IMG/VR virus record: IMGVR_UViG_3300049052_000004
Span: 1-38,087 of that record
DNA length: 38,087 bases
Origin: a virus
Lineage: Duplodnaviria > Caudoviricetes
Direction: 5' to 3' (one strand)
Shown: positions 23,109 to 33,180 of the stretch, piece by piece
Layout of the letters: every line of letters begins with the position of its first letter
Position numbering within the stretch: position 1 is the stretch's first letter
Notes under the pieces: model-generated
The model's database searches: none
Seen by the model: only the letters and a program-made list of their open reading frames with translations
What the model was told of the DNA's origin: nothing
Program-made: the position numbers and the translations under genes

Positions 23109-23126
23109 CGTAGCCTCCTTCGGCTA

Positions 23127-24053
23127 TCAGATGTTGCGGTTCATCCAGCCCGCAAGGGTACGGGCTCGGCTGGCCTTACTGAGAGGCCCGTCGATGCCGT
23201 CGACGATCCCGGCATAGTTGTTGATGATGTCTCCGTACCTCTGCCCGAGCCACACGTAGTTCGAGAAGTTGCCTGCATGCCCGTTGTATGGCTCTCCGTT
23301 GCTTGCAGCGTCGGTGGTGCGCCCGAGTTGGAGGCTGTTGAGGAACCGAGCCAGCAGCATGACCTCAGCCCGGTACGTCTTGGGTCCGGGGATGCCGTCG
23401 ATCAGCCCGTCGTAGATGCCAAGCCGGGTGCCGATACGCTGGACCATCTCGTAGTAGATAGGGCCAGGCTTGCCATCGTACACGGTAGTCGTGAAAAGCT
23501 TCGGTCGAGCAGGCTGAGTAGGCGACACGACAGGAGGCTTGGGCGCTGCTCCCCCGAGGATCTCCTGTGCACGACGCGTGATGGCGTCCAGGTCCATGGC
23601 ACCGGGGCAGGCCGTAGCGTAGCTCGCTTTGTGGATTGTGTAGACCTCTCGGTGGCCGAGCACTGTCCAGGTGGAAGGGTGTCCGTTCCGGTGCGGGTAG
23701 AAGTCGAACTCCTGAGCAGCTTCGGCGATGCACATCGCCAGGCTCTCAGCCGTCTCAGGGCTGATGGTCCAGCCGTTCGTGCTCTCGTTGACACACTCAG
23801 CCGTGACCGCCTTGCTGTCCCAGTACTTACTTGCCAGGCTGAAGGCACGGAACTTCAGCGGCACCTTGCGGACGCGGTCGTTGTTCTTGATGGCCCAGTG
23901 AGCGCTCACGGTACGGCCACCCGCTCCCATGAGGTTCTCGAGCCCGGGAAGACTCGTGGTAGCAGCGTGATGAGCCACGAAGTGTGTGACGTCTTCGGTA
24001 CGTACCCCGTACTCGCTGCTCGGTACGATTCGTGTGGCTGTTGCGATATCCAT
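23127..24053 (-). CDS. Endolysin (Amidase_2 N-acetylmuramoyl-L-alanine amidase plus cell-wall-binding region)
   Basis: VAHHAA, SAHW, GHRE and ATACPG Zn-amidase motifs; Pro-rich linker; repeated DGIxGP. Confidence 0.9.
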   Translation of the reverse strand: MDIATATRIVPSSEYGVRTEDVTHFVAHHAATTSLPGLENLMGAGGRTVSAHWAIKNNDRVRKVPLKFRAFSLASKYWDSKAVTAECVNESTNGWTISPETAESLAMCIAEAAQEFDFYPHRNGHPSTWTVLGHREVYTIHKASYATACPGAMDLDAITRRAQEILGGAAPKPPVVSPTQPARPKLFTTTVYDGKPGPIYYEMVQRIGTRLGIYDGLIDGIPGPKTYRAEVMLLARFLNSLQLGRTTDAASNGEPYNGHAGNFSNYVWLGQRYGDIINNYAGIVDGIDGPLSKASRARTLAGWMNRNI

Positions 24054-24074
24054 TAGTGCTCTCCTTATTCAGTG

Positions 24075-24341
24075 TTACTTGGTGTTGGTGGTCGTGATTG
24101 GGACCAGCTTCGTCGGTTCTGCCGGTGCTGGGGCTGCTGCCAGGCCTGCTGCTACCTGAGTGCAGAACTCAACGAACATGGGGAATTCCTCCACACTCAT
24201 CGTGACACTCATTGGATCAAGAACAGTGCTGAGATGCACGGCCACACTAACTTCTCCGTTGGCTGACGTAGCTGCGTAGCTGGCACCTTCCCGCTCGTGC
24301 GCGAACACCTGCTTGATCTCTGTCTTTGTGTTGATTTCCAT
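24075..24341 (-). CDS. Hypothetical protein (88 aa, MEINTKTEIK...)
   Basis: AAGGAGG SD before ATG 24341. Confidence 0.7.
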   Translation of the reverse strand: MEINTKTEIKQVFAHEREGASYAATSANGEVSVAVHLSTVLDPMSVTMSVEEFPMFVEFCTQVAAGLAAAPAPAEPTKLVPITTTNTK

Positions 24342-24351
24342 TATTTCCTCC

Positions 24352-25356
24352 TTATCGGTAACCATAGACCTGGACTTTTCCGCTTGCATTTCCGGTGGAC
24401 GTGAATAGGCGGAAACCGTCGTACACGGTGCCGAGCTGATGAGTACCACCCTGTGCAGATACAGCCATGAAACTAGGGGTAGCAATACGTCGGGTGTAGA
24501 ACTGACCGCTGTAATATGTGGCTTCTGATAGATTAGGGTTAAATACGTCGAAGATAGCAGTGTGCTGGTGACCGCTAGAGCCCCCATCCATGAACCAGAA
24601 CGTTCCATTGTCGGTGCTCGCACCAGCTGGGGTTCCTGCTCCACCCGTAGTCATTCGCATTGCATCGTAGTTAGCCGAGGAGTCAGCTGAAGAGCCTGCA
24701 CTCAGCTGGAAGCTGAGGCCAGCCTGAGATGCGGTTTCCATAAGCCAGACTATTCTGAATCGGTTGAAATCAGAAGGAAAGCAACCTTCTATTCTCCACC
24801 CGCTAGCCGTGTTGAGTGTTATGTCACCGTCTGAATCTATGGTGCCTCCACCAACTACGTCTGTAGGCTTGATCTTGATTAGACCCCCACCGTAGGACTG
24901 AGCACTGCCGGGAGCAGCTGTCTCATACCAAGGACCCCAGGTGTTATTATCTTCTGAGCGAACCCAAGTCTGACCAGAAACCTTTCGGATGGCAGTTTGC
25001 GAAGTTCTAAAAGTGCCTACCCTTGATGTAGTAACAGTCAAGAGTGAACTAGGCCACCCTGCCTCTGCTGAGATGGACATAACTGAGAGGCCGACCGGGT
25101 AAGTACTCGGCAGGTCTGTGCCGAGCTTAGCGGATATCACCCGGTCTTCACCCCGTGATACCCCATGAATTACGACCTTACGCTGAGACAGCTCCACTCG
25201 GACACGGTCTCCGGCAGACAACAGCAGAGGGTCAACCAGGCTGTCGGGGATGAGAGCCAGCGGAGCAGTGTCTCCGTCCAGCTTAATAGCGAGAGGGCTC
25301 GTGGCCGTGACCGTGGCCCACTTGAATGACGTGAGGTCTTTGACTGTTTCGATCAT
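24352..25356 (-). CDS. Minor tail protein, putative receptor-binding protein
   Basis: N-terminal ATV...GDRV OB-like segment, W.PW knob-like segment, beta-rich C-terminus; lower-GC 3' part. Confidence 0.75.
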   Translation of the reverse strand: MIETVKDLTSFKWATVTATSPLAIKLDGDTAPLALIPDSLVDPLLLSAGDRVRVELSQRKVVIHGVSRGEDRVISAKLGTDLPSTYPVGLSVMSISAEAGWPSSLLTVTTSRVGTFRTSQTAIRKVSGQTWVRSEDNNTWGPWYETAAPGSAQSYGGGLIKIKPTDVVGGGTIDSDGDITLNTASGWRIEGCFPSDFNRFRIVWLMETASQAGLSFQLSAGSSADSSANYDAMRMTTGGAGTPAGASTDNGTFWFMDGGSSGHQHTAIFDVFNPNLSEATYYSGQFYTRRIATPSFMAVSAQGGTHQLGTVYDGFRLFTSTGNASGKVQVYGYR

Positions 25357-26522
25357 AGCGCAATGACCTCCTGGAGTGTGGTCTTCATGAGGCCGAGAGA
25401 GTTAGTGTCGAGCTGCATGCTCGTGATAACGTGCTTCCCGTCCACGTTGGCTTGGCTGTTGGAGAACCGAACCACATCACCTACCCGAGCAGGGATGGGA
25501 AGGTGGCTGACCTTGACCTGAGCCTGAACAGCAGACATCTGGATGAGAGTCGTACGAGCCCGCTGCTCCAGGAAGGCAATGATCTGAGACTCTGTACCCT
25601 CAGGGCACTCTACAGAGTCAAGAACGTACGGGATCCACCGGCCACGGCTCACGAACGAGTAAGGGCTCGACGGGTCTTCGTTGGTCCAGGTGCCGATGAG
25701 AGCAGCCGAGTCTTCTCCTGCTGCTGCCTGCACTGCGATGACCTTGTTGGGAACCTCGAACGAGTCGCGATCCAGAGACCACTCGGGCTCGTAGATAGAC
25801 TGCTCTCCGTCGCGCAGCTCTCGGGGAACCCCAAGCAGCTCGTACGTTACAGACCGCTCAGCAGGGACGACACGGGGAGTCGCTTTGAAGTTACCCTGCC
25901 CGTCCATCCAGAGCGCGTTGTACCCGGCCACATCAAGCAGGTCGTTGATGATCTTGAGCTTGCTAGTACCCGCTTCCCACGCCATGCCGGTTGATGTGGC
26001 CTGTGTGTTAGAGGCGTCTACTGCAATGTACTCCCCGGCTGAGGCCAGGACGCTGGCGACTTCCTGTAGGATGAGCGTGCCAGCAGCCACCGAGTAGGAC
26101 TCGTCTACCACGTCCTGAGCAGGCACGGTGCAGCGGTCCAGCAGCTCCAGCGACCAGACTCTCCCCGTGCCACTCCATTCTTCTTTGGCGTACGAGATGA
26201 GGTAGGTTCCGAGCGGGTTCTCAGGCAGGCCCTCAATGACGCAGACAGGTCGCAGGCGAGCAGCGTTCAGCTGGAGGTCTGCGATACGCAGCATACCGTC
26301 CTGAGCTACAGCCAGGTCAACTACCTGCACCGAGCCTCCACCCTTCACAGCCGCGTTCTGGGTCCACTTGAGAGAGCCGTCAGAGACACCGTCCAGCAGA
26401 CCCACAAGCAGGTCTACCCCGTTTGAGTGCTCCAGAACTTCCCATCGGTAGGTAGTCGTCCGGTCACCGTACAGCGCGTCTTCAACAGAGAGCACCCTGA
26501 CAGGAATGATAGGCTCAGGCAT
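25353..26522 (-). CDS. Minor tail protein (baseplate hub-like)
   Basis: Position; PLGTY, W.D..G.F, PNKV and GDVV motifs. Confidence 0.75.
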   Translation of the reverse strand: MPEPIIPVRVLSVEDALYGDRTTTYRWEVLEHSNGVDLLVGLLDGVSDGSLKWTQNAAVKGGGSVQVVDLAVAQDGMLRIADLQLNAARLRPVCVIEGLPENPLGTYLISYAKEEWSGTGRVWSLELLDRCTVPAQDVVDESYSVAAGTLILQEVASVLASAGEYIAVDASNTQATSTGMAWEAGTSKLKIINDLLDVAGYNALWMDGQGNFKATPRVVPAERSVTYELLGVPRELRDGEQSIYEPEWSLDRDSFEVPNKVIAVQAAAGEDSAALIGTWTNEDPSSPYSFVSRGRWIPYVLDSVECPEGTESQIIAFLEQRARTTLIQMSAVQAQVKVSHLPIPARVGDVVRFSNSQANVDGKHVITSMQLDTNSLGLMKTTLQEVIAL

Positions 26523-26533
26523 GATGCTCCTTC

Positions 26534-28765
26534 CTAGGACGTCTCGGTTAGGTTGAAGGACAGCTCTCCCCGGCCGACCTTCTTGTAGCTCACGGAGCCC
26601 TTGACGCTTCCGAACAGCCTCCGACCGGAGGCGTCTCGGTAGCAGGCCTTCCCAGGCCGGAGCAAGAACTCTCGAAGCTCGTCTACCGTGGAGCCGAAGC
26701 CCTCATAGATGAATGAGCTAGCCTTCAGCTGGACCAGGCTCTCGACTCCGTAGAGGCCGATAGGACGGACCCGGCCTGCTGCCTGCACGACCGAGCTGGC
26801 CACACTCAGTGATTCGTCTACCTCCAGGTTGCCCCCGAACACGACCACGTCGCTGAAGCCCGCTCCCTTGCTGAGGAAGGCCCGACGGCACTCGTTGGTC
26901 TCCAGCGTTCTGGTGACTGTGTTAGTAGCTCCGAGCGAGCTGACCGTCGTAATGTGGTAGGTGTTGGTTCCGTTGATAGTCGGTGTGGTGTCCAGGAAAG
27001 TCAGAGCGCTTGCTGAAGGGTAGTCCAGCACAACGGTCTCTTTCTGGCCGTTGATGGTGCGGGTGATGGTTACCGTGGAGACTGCTGCTTGGCCTGCTCC
27101 CGGTGCTGCGATGGTCAGGTCGAGCTGTGCGTACCCACTCTCATCCAGGTAGCTCACCGAGACCACAGCGGGAACAGGCGTCAGGTAGGTGACGCTGAAG
27201 GCGTTACTCACCCAGGATGACCAGAGACCGTTCGAGTCTTGCACACGGGCTCGCACGGTGTAGCTCGTGCTGTTCTGAAGCTCTGTCGCGAACGTGATGC
27301 CGACGAGGTTGGTGCTCGTGAGGGCTTCCAGCAAGGTAGCCACCTGCAGAAGCTCCAGCTCGGCCTTGACGAAGCTCGCGCTCTCAGGCTGAGAGAACCC
27401 GACAGTAGCTCGAAGAGTGCCGTCGTTGACCACGCTGCTGTTAGCAGGTGACGTTATGGTGGCCGTAGGCTTGGTCTTGAACGTGACCAGATCGATGTCA
27501 GACCAAGCAGATGCCCCTGTACCGTCAGAGCCTCCAGTGGTAGCCGAGCCCCAGGTACGCACCCGCACAGAGACAGCCGCGTTCGCCGCATAGGTGTTGG
27601 CTGCGATGACACGGGTCGTTGCTGTCGACGTGACTTTGCCCGTGCCAGTCCAGCTAGACCCTCCGTCTGTGGAGTAGTTGACTTCGTAGAACTTCTGAGG
27701 CGTGGTGTCTACCGAGTTGTGGGTCCAGGCCACAGTGAGTGAAGCTGCCTTGTCAGCGAAGTTGGGCAGGTCAGCTAGCGTCGGCTTGTTGGGGGCCACG
27801 AGCAGCTGGACACTGTTTGAGACCGAGTAGGCCGAGAGCAGCGAGCCTGACTTGGAACGCACCTGATAGACATGCACCTGAGCCGCGTTCGGAGCGACGT
27901 GCGTGTAGCTCAGCACCCCAGAGGCAAGCGTCGTGAGAGCAGCCCCGTCCCAAGTGGTCACGCCTCCCGCGACCACCCCGTGCCAGACCTCATGGTTGTA
28001 CTCGTTGTAGTCCACGTTCTCGGTGAACGTAACCACGATATCGAGGTTGGCCTGCTTGGTAGCTACGACGTTTGTCGGAGCACCAGGAGTGGTGTAGATA
28101 GGACTCGAAGACGAGCTGTAGGCCGAGCTTCCTGCTGTGTTGTTACCCCGAACCCGGTACTCAGTCTTCCGGTTCGCAGCAGTGCTGACCACAGCGCTCG
28201 TAGTAGCGTTGACCGTGACCAGGTCAGCCCACGCACCACCGTTGATGCTTTGCTGGATGGTGTTGGTCGTCGGCTGTCCGTTGCTGGCCGAGGACTGAGC
28301 CCACGAGACCGTCGTCTGGGTGTCGGAGACTCGGGTAGCAGTGACCCCAGTAGGGACACCAGGAATGACCTTCAGTGTGGCCAGGCCTACTCCGACACTG
28401 ACACTTCCGCCCCCACCACCACCACTAGACCCGGTAGCTCCATTGCTTCCGCCGAACGTGACGCTCGGAGGGGTTCCGTCTGCGTTGTGGTTGATACGGG
28501 TGGTACCCGAGTACAGCAGCACGCTCTGAAGCCCACCGGGTCGCCAGTCGAATCCGAAGCTGCCGTTCCAGATTGCACTCCCGTTCAGGGACACGCTTGC
28601 TGCGACACCACCCGCGTTCCACGCAAGGTTGTTAGAGCCGCTTGTCTCTTCGAAGTACAGCTGCACGGAGACGTCTGACCAACGGCCAGCCGCGCTGCTG
28701 TCGACGACGTTGGCTTCGATACGGAGACGGCTGTACGTGCCTACCTGTGCTATACCTGTAGCCAT
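26534..28765 (-). CDS. Minor tail protein with fibronectin III/Ig-like repeats (743 aa)
   Basis: Follows the tape measure; repeated P..PT.V.A...VSW...Y.VR units; S/T-rich. Confidence 0.8.
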   Translation of the reverse strand: MATGIAQVGTYSRLRIEANVVDSSAAGRWSDVSVQLYFEETSGSNNLAWNAGGVAASVSLNGSAIWNGSFGFDWRPGGLQSVLLYSGTTRINHNADGTPPSVTFGGSNGATGSSGGGGGGSVSVGVGLATLKVIPGVPTGVTATRVSDTQTTVSWAQSSASNGQPTTNTIQQSINGGAWADLVTVNATTSAVVSTAANRKTEYRVRGNNTAGSSAYSSSSSPIYTTPGAPTNVVATKQANLDIVVTFTENVDYNEYNHEVWHGVVAGGVTTWDGAALTTLASGVLSYTHVAPNAAQVHVYQVRSKSGSLLSAYSVSNSVQLLVAPNKPTLADLPNFADKAASLTVAWTHNSVDTTPQKFYEVNYSTDGGSSWTGTGKVTSTATTRVIAANTYAANAAVSVRVRTWGSATTGGSDGTGASAWSDIDLVTFKTKPTATITSPANSSVVNDGTLRATVGFSQPESASFVKAELELLQVATLLEALTSTNLVGITFATELQNSTSYTVRARVQDSNGLWSSWVSNAFSVTYLTPVPAVVSVSYLDESGYAQLDLTIAAPGAGQAAVSTVTITRTINGQKETVVLDYPSASALTFLDTTPTINGTNTYHITTVSSLGATNTVTRTLETNECRRAFLSKGAGFSDVVVFGGNLEVDESLSVASSVVQAAGRVRPIGLYGVESLVQLKASSFIYEGFGSTVDELREFLLRPGKACYRDASGRRLFGSVKGSVSYKKVGRGELSFNLTETS

Positions 28766-28798
28766 GTTTAGGCCTCCTTGCTGATCAGAGAGAGCGAG

Positions 28799-31111
28799 TT
28801 ATCCAAGGACGCTCACCCCCTGCCGAGACTGTACTCGAACCGAGTCAACGATGACAGAGGCGAGCTGGTTGATACTCTCGCGCGAGAGCGTGACAGCTGA
28901 CTGCTCGTCCGAGGCCGAGCTAGAGAAGGCCTCATTCACGGCCGCTGCCAGGGCTCGGGAGTCGATAGCAGCTTCCACGTTGATAGGCCCTGGTGCTGTA
29001 GCCGTGGCTCGCATGGGAACAAGCTGTTGGGTGAGGCTGGCCTCAGTCTTGAACATCGCCTCCAGATTGAGGCTCTTGGCCTCATCCATCAGTTTGGTGT
29101 TCAGCTGACGGAGAGGCTTGATGGCCTTGTCCTCGCTCTCGGCCACACCTGCTCCGATGCCGCTCGGGAGATGCTGGCCGACCTCGTCACGGAGGCGCTT
29201 GGACGGGGAGGCGATGCCGAAGAACCCCGCGATGTTGCCTACCACGTCGTCGACGAACCCGCTGATCTGCCTCATTAGCCATCCAGCAGCGCCCGAGATG
29301 CCTTCCCAGAGGCCGCGCACCAGGTTGCCACCTGCCTTGACCATCTCTCCTACGAAGTTTCCGATGGCTCCAAAGATGGCTCCGGTGATCTGGCCCACAG
29401 CACCGAGCAGGCCCCCGAGGATAGCAGGCATGTTGCTGACCAGAGCTGTGAAGACCTTGACACCCATCATGATGAGCTGCGGAATGGCACCCGTGAGGGC
29501 TCCGAGCACACTACCAATGATGGTCGGAATAGCTCCGATGATAGTGCTAATGATAGTCGGAAGAGCGCTAATGAGCGCGATGAACAGCTGAATACCCGAC
29601 TCGATTAGCAGTGGAATAGCGTTAGTGAGCGCTGTGATAATAGCCGTGATGATAACCGGAAGGGCTGCCACAATCGATTCGATGATGATAGGCAGTGCCG
29701 CGATTAGCGACGTAAGCAGCGCAATACCGGCCTGCACGAGCATTGGAATAGCGGTCGTGATTCCGTTGACGATTGCTGTGATGATTGTGGGGAGCGCTCC
29801 CACGAGCTGTGTGATGACTACCGGGATGGCCGTGAGAAGAGCCTGGAACAGCTGAATGGCTCCACTGATGAGGATGGGGATCATGCTCACCAGGGTACTC
29901 ACGATGACAGGCACGAGCGTCGTCACGGTGCTGATGATGTACGGGAGAGCTGCCAGGATGCCGTCGACCAAGCCCTGGAACAGCTGGATAGCTCCTTGCA
30001 GCAGGACCGGAGCGCTCGTGATGAGCAGCTGTGCCAGGCTCACGACCAGCTGAACCACACCAGACAGGAGCGTGGGGAGCACGGTGACCAGACCCTCGAC
30101 CAGAGCAGGGAAGACCTTGAGAGCAGCCTGGAAGAACGCTGCTCGGCCAGAGATGATGGCCTCTACGATGGTGGTAATGCCGCCACTCGTGATCCATTCA
30201 GCAGCAGCCTGGATGCCGTTCTGGATGCCGGTACCGATCTCAGCAAACCCGATGGTACCGTTGACCACACCCTGCACCATAGCGGCTGTGCGGTCTACGA
30301 TGGCTTGGAAGGCGGGAGACTCTGCCAGCCCGAGGAAGAGGTCGTTGGCTCGGATGAGCACGTCGGTAGCCACCGGCAGGAATCCGCTGACCAGGGCCTC
30401 ACCGAGCGTCCCGACGCTGTTCTTGGCCTTAGCGAGCGCACCCTCGAAGGTGTTACCGAAGGCCTCTGCTGACCCTCCGAACTGAGTGTTCAGCTCAGCG
30501 AGGATCACACCCTGAGCACCGGCTACGTCGCCAGCCTCGACCATACTCTTGATGAGGTTCTTCTGGTCTTCGGTGAGCTGCACACCGACTCGGCTCAGCG
30601 CGCTCACACCTGCGATGGGGTCGTTGAGGGCCTTACCGACCAGTGTGGCCGAGCTAGCCATGTCCTTACCCATAGCCACGCTCAGGTCGAGCGCTGCCTT
30701 GGTAGCGGCGTCGAAGTTATCCCCACGGATCTGCGTGAACGTGAGCAGGAGGTTCTGACCCTCCTGGATGGCCTCAGCTTCGACGCCTGTGAGCTTCTCT
30801 AGACTGTCGGCTAGGCCGAGAATGTCGTCTATCGAGCGGCCTGCGAGTCCGTCAGTAGAGGCGAGCACGGCCTCCGTCTGAGCGTTCAGTCTCTCGATGT
30901 TGGCCAGAGCCTTGAAGCTCGCGCCAGCAAAGACCAGGAAGGCCCCTGCTGCGACCCCTGCTCCTACGGCCACACCCTTGAGACCCTTGGAGGCCAGCTT
31001 ACCGAGCTTACCGTCGGCCGATCCAGCACCGTCTCCGATGCCCTTTAGTCCCGACTGAACGGTGTTGGCACCGTCCAGCGAGACCTTGATCTTGACGTCT
31101 TGGTTGCTCAC
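28799..31111 (-). CDS. Tape measure protein (770 aa)
   Basis: Ala/Gly-rich helical protein; GKALNDP..G..AL motif; amphipathic Pro-spaced repeats; GIASPSK. Confidence 0.92.
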   Translation of the reverse strand: MSNQDVKIKVSLDGANTVQSGLKGIGDGAGSADGKLGKLASKGLKGVAVGAGVAAGAFLVFAGASFKALANIERLNAQTEAVLASTDGLAGRSIDDILGLADSLEKLTGVEAEAIQEGQNLLLTFTQIRGDNFDAATKAALDLSVAMGKDMASSATLVGKALNDPIAGVSALSRVGVQLTEDQKNLIKSMVEAGDVAGAQGVILAELNTQFGGSAEAFGNTFEGALAKAKNSVGTLGEALVSGFLPVATDVLIRANDLFLGLAESPAFQAIVDRTAAMVQGVVNGTIGFAEIGTGIQNGIQAAAEWITSGGITTIVEAIISGRAAFFQAALKVFPALVEGLVTVLPTLLSGVVQLVVSLAQLLITSAPVLLQGAIQLFQGLVDGILAALPYIISTVTTLVPVIVSTLVSMIPILISGAIQLFQALLTAIPVVITQLVGALPTIITAIVNGITTAIPMLVQAGIALLTSLIAALPIIIESIVAALPVIITAIITALTNAIPLLIESGIQLFIALISALPTIISTIIGAIPTIIGSVLGALTGAIPQLIMMGVKVFTALVSNMPAILGGLLGAVGQITGAIFGAIGNFVGEMVKAGGNLVRGLWEGISGAAGWLMRQISGFVDDVVGNIAGFFGIASPSKRLRDEVGQHLPSGIGAGVAESEDKAIKPLRQLNTKLMDEAKSLNLEAMFKTEASLTQQLVPMRATATAPGPINVEAAIDSRALAAAVNEAFSSSASDEQSAVTLSRESINQLASVIVDSVRVQSRQGVSVLG

Positions 31112-31129
31112 GCTGGCCTCCTCTCTGGT

Positions 31130-31566
31130 CTAGGGCTTCTCGGGCTGAGGTAGTGACTCGTTGAAGCCTTGTGAGAGCCAGAAGGTCCCCATCCGGGGGT
31201 CTGGCCCGTTACCCTTGTTGTGGGCCTCGATCGCTGACTTGTTGGCCGTGTTCCACATGTCCTGACCGTAGGCAATTGCTTGCTGTGCGGGACACTCCAT
31301 GGACCAAGCCGTGTAGTCCTCGATGGTCTCTTCTCGTCCGAGTCTTGAGTTGTGTAGATGCTGGGCTATGGGCCTCCCACAGCCGGGGCACCTTACTTCC
31401 TTGATGTGACGCCATTGAGACAGGATCTCTAGATCCAGCTCAGTCCAGGAGTCCGGGCTTCCCTCGTCAAGGAGGCGAACCGGGGGTCGCCCGGACTCCA
31501 GGGCCAAGTCCAGCAGTAGCGCTAGACGTGGCCCGATTTCGTAGGGCGGATGGTAACATCTCCCCC
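31130..31566 (-). CDS. Tail assembly chaperone, -1 frameshift extension (gpGT-like)
   Basis: The -1 frame is open from GGGGGA (31566-31561) to the stop at 31130; contains CPGCG; lies before the tape measure. Confidence 0.7.
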
Positions 31567-32067
31567 TGCGTTCTGCCAGGCCATGAAGCTCTGTACGACC
31601 GAATACAGAACCCCTCCTGACAGAATTCCCTTGGTTCCCTTGCTGCTCAGCAGCGCGGGGTCAGTAGACAAGGGCTCAGGCACGGGCTCGCCTTCCTCTA
31701 CGTCCGGATCCTGACCCCAGACCCCCACGAAGGTCTTGATGAGCACCTTCTCGTACTGCTCGATGGGGCTGAGCCCGGCCTGCTTGGTGAGCAGCGCCCA
31801 CTCAGCGAGATCGAGCTTCTTGTACCGGACCCAGACAGTGTGAGCCGGAGGCCGAGTAGCTTCCACCCGAGCCTCCAGACGGTCCATGTTGTCAGCGAGG
31901 AAGTCCCCGCCTTGCATGAGGGTCTTCATGGCTTTGGCCTGCTGAAGCTCGGCCTTGGCATCTTCGTGCTCTTGCGAGTACACGCCACCGAGATCGACTT
32001 CCAGTGTGAGGGTAGCCTGTCGGCGCTCCTCGACTGCTGCCATGAGTTCTTCGTAGCTGCTGAACAT
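31522..32067 (-). CDS. Tail assembly chaperone (gpG-like)
   Basis: Between major tail and tape measure; AAGGAGG SD. Confidence 0.8.
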   Translation of the reverse strand: MFSSYEELMAAVEERRQATLTLEVDLGGVYSQEHEDAKAELQQAKAMKTLMQGGDFLADNMDRLEARVEATRPPAHTVWVRYKKLDLAEWALLTKQAGLSPIEQYEKVLIKTFVGVWGQDPDVEEGEPVPEPLSTDPALLSSKGTKGILSGGVLYSVVQSFMAWQNAGGDVTIRPTKSGHV

Positions 32068-32102
32068 TGTCTAGTCCTCCTTGGACTGTAGGTGTGGCCC
32101 GG

Positions 32103-32600
32103 TCAGGCCGAGATGGGAACAGCGGTCGCAGAGCGAGCCTGGACGCTGATGTGGGCAGTGATCCCGATGAAGGTGTTGTTCGCCTCCAGCGGGTCGATGG
32201 AAGTGATGATGACCTTCCAGATCCAGACGAGCTGGCCAGCAGCCGGAGCAGTGTCGTGCGCGAGCCCGTCCCGACGCCAGATGTACACGACGTCGCCGAT
32301 GCTGAGCGCGCTGATCAGGTCGGTGTCGGCCTGGCCCGTGCTCTTGATGACCAGGTCATCCATCGAGTGGGTCGTGCTGCCAGGCAGAGTCTCGCTGGCC
32401 GGATCGCAGAGCCAGTCGACGGTCTGGCTGTCGGTGCTGCTCGTGCCGTTGAACGTCTGGATGGCGCAGTCGAGACTGATTCCGGTGCTCAGCTCGGCGA
32501 GGGACGGGTCGTTGATGTCGACGACGACCGGCGACACGTTGACTGAGACGTTGCCTCGACTGATCTGGGTCGAGGGATTCCACTGGGTAAGCGGAGCCAT
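32103..32600 (-). CDS. Major tail protein (165 aa)
   Basis: PSLAEL...LDC, WLC...PG, IWRRDG pattern; very strong codon bias; position. Confidence 0.85.
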   Translation of the reverse strand: MAPLTQWNPSTQISRGNVSVNVSPVVVDINDPSLAELSTGISLDCAIQTFNGTSSTDSQTVDWLCDPASETLPGSTTHSMDDLVIKSTGQADTDLISALSIGDVVYIWRRDGLAHDTAPAAGQLVWIWKVIITSIDPLEANNTFIGITAHISVQARSATAVPISA

Positions 32601-32612
32601 GATGTTTCCTTC

Positions 32613-32822
32613 CTACTCGTTTGCGGCTTCCGCCGGAGCGGAACCCTCGGTGTCAGGCGTCTCGGACTTTCCGATGCTGCCCTTGCGCAGAGGCTTGAAC
32701 CCCAGCACGGTCTCCCCGGCCTTCAGGTTACGCACCTTCTTGTGCGCCTTCGGGTCGAAGTTTTTCTCGGAGATGGCGTACCGGACGCCGGACTCCTTGT
32801 GGTCGACAACGATGCCAGCCAT
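32613..32822 (-). CDS. Hypothetical protein (69 aa)
   Basis: TAATG coupling; AAGGAGG SD. Confidence 0.7.
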   Translation of the reverse strand: MAGIVVDHKESGVRYAISEKNFDPKAHKKVRNLKAGETVLGFKPLRKGSIGKSETPDTEGSAPAEAANE

Positions 32823-33178
32823 TAGATACCTCCTTGGTGTAGTTGTACGGTGATCTGAGACTCGTAGTGCCCCTCGACCTGAGTGCCCGAGTAGCCCATG
32901 CTCACGGAGAGCGTCGTACCGGCCACACGTACACCCTGGAGCGCTCGCATGACGGCGAGTCCGAGGTTGTAGGACGCCTCCACGCTGCCCCCACAGCAGT
33001 AGAGCGTAGTCTGGTGATCCCAGCTGAGAGCATCCCCGTTCACTGCCAGGTTGACTTCCGTCACAGTGAGAGGCCGGTGCACCGTGTAGGGCAGAACAGC
33101 ACCCGTCGGAGCGTACCCGGTGTAGAGAGTCAGCTGAGCAGCTGTCAGGGGAGCCTGGATTTCCTGGAGAAGACTCAT
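32822..33178 (-). CDS. Tail terminator
   Basis: Y.G.AP....PY.V motif; position. Confidence 0.7.
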   Translation of the reverse strand: MSLLQEIQAPLTAAQLTLYTGYAPTGAVLPYTVHRPLTVTEVNLAVNGDALSWDHQTTLYCCGGSVEASYNLGLAVMRALQGVRVAGTTLSVSMGYSGTQVEGHYESQITVQLHQGGI

Positions 33179-33180
33179 GG

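Noticed and set aside
23037-24056. Long antisense or alternate-frame ORFs (e.g. 23037-24056+, 20493-21368-, 17902-18738-, 15181-15984-, 27872-28678+, 32092-32853+)
   Set aside because: Shadow ORFs expected opposite high-GC genes; no SD, motifs or operon fit
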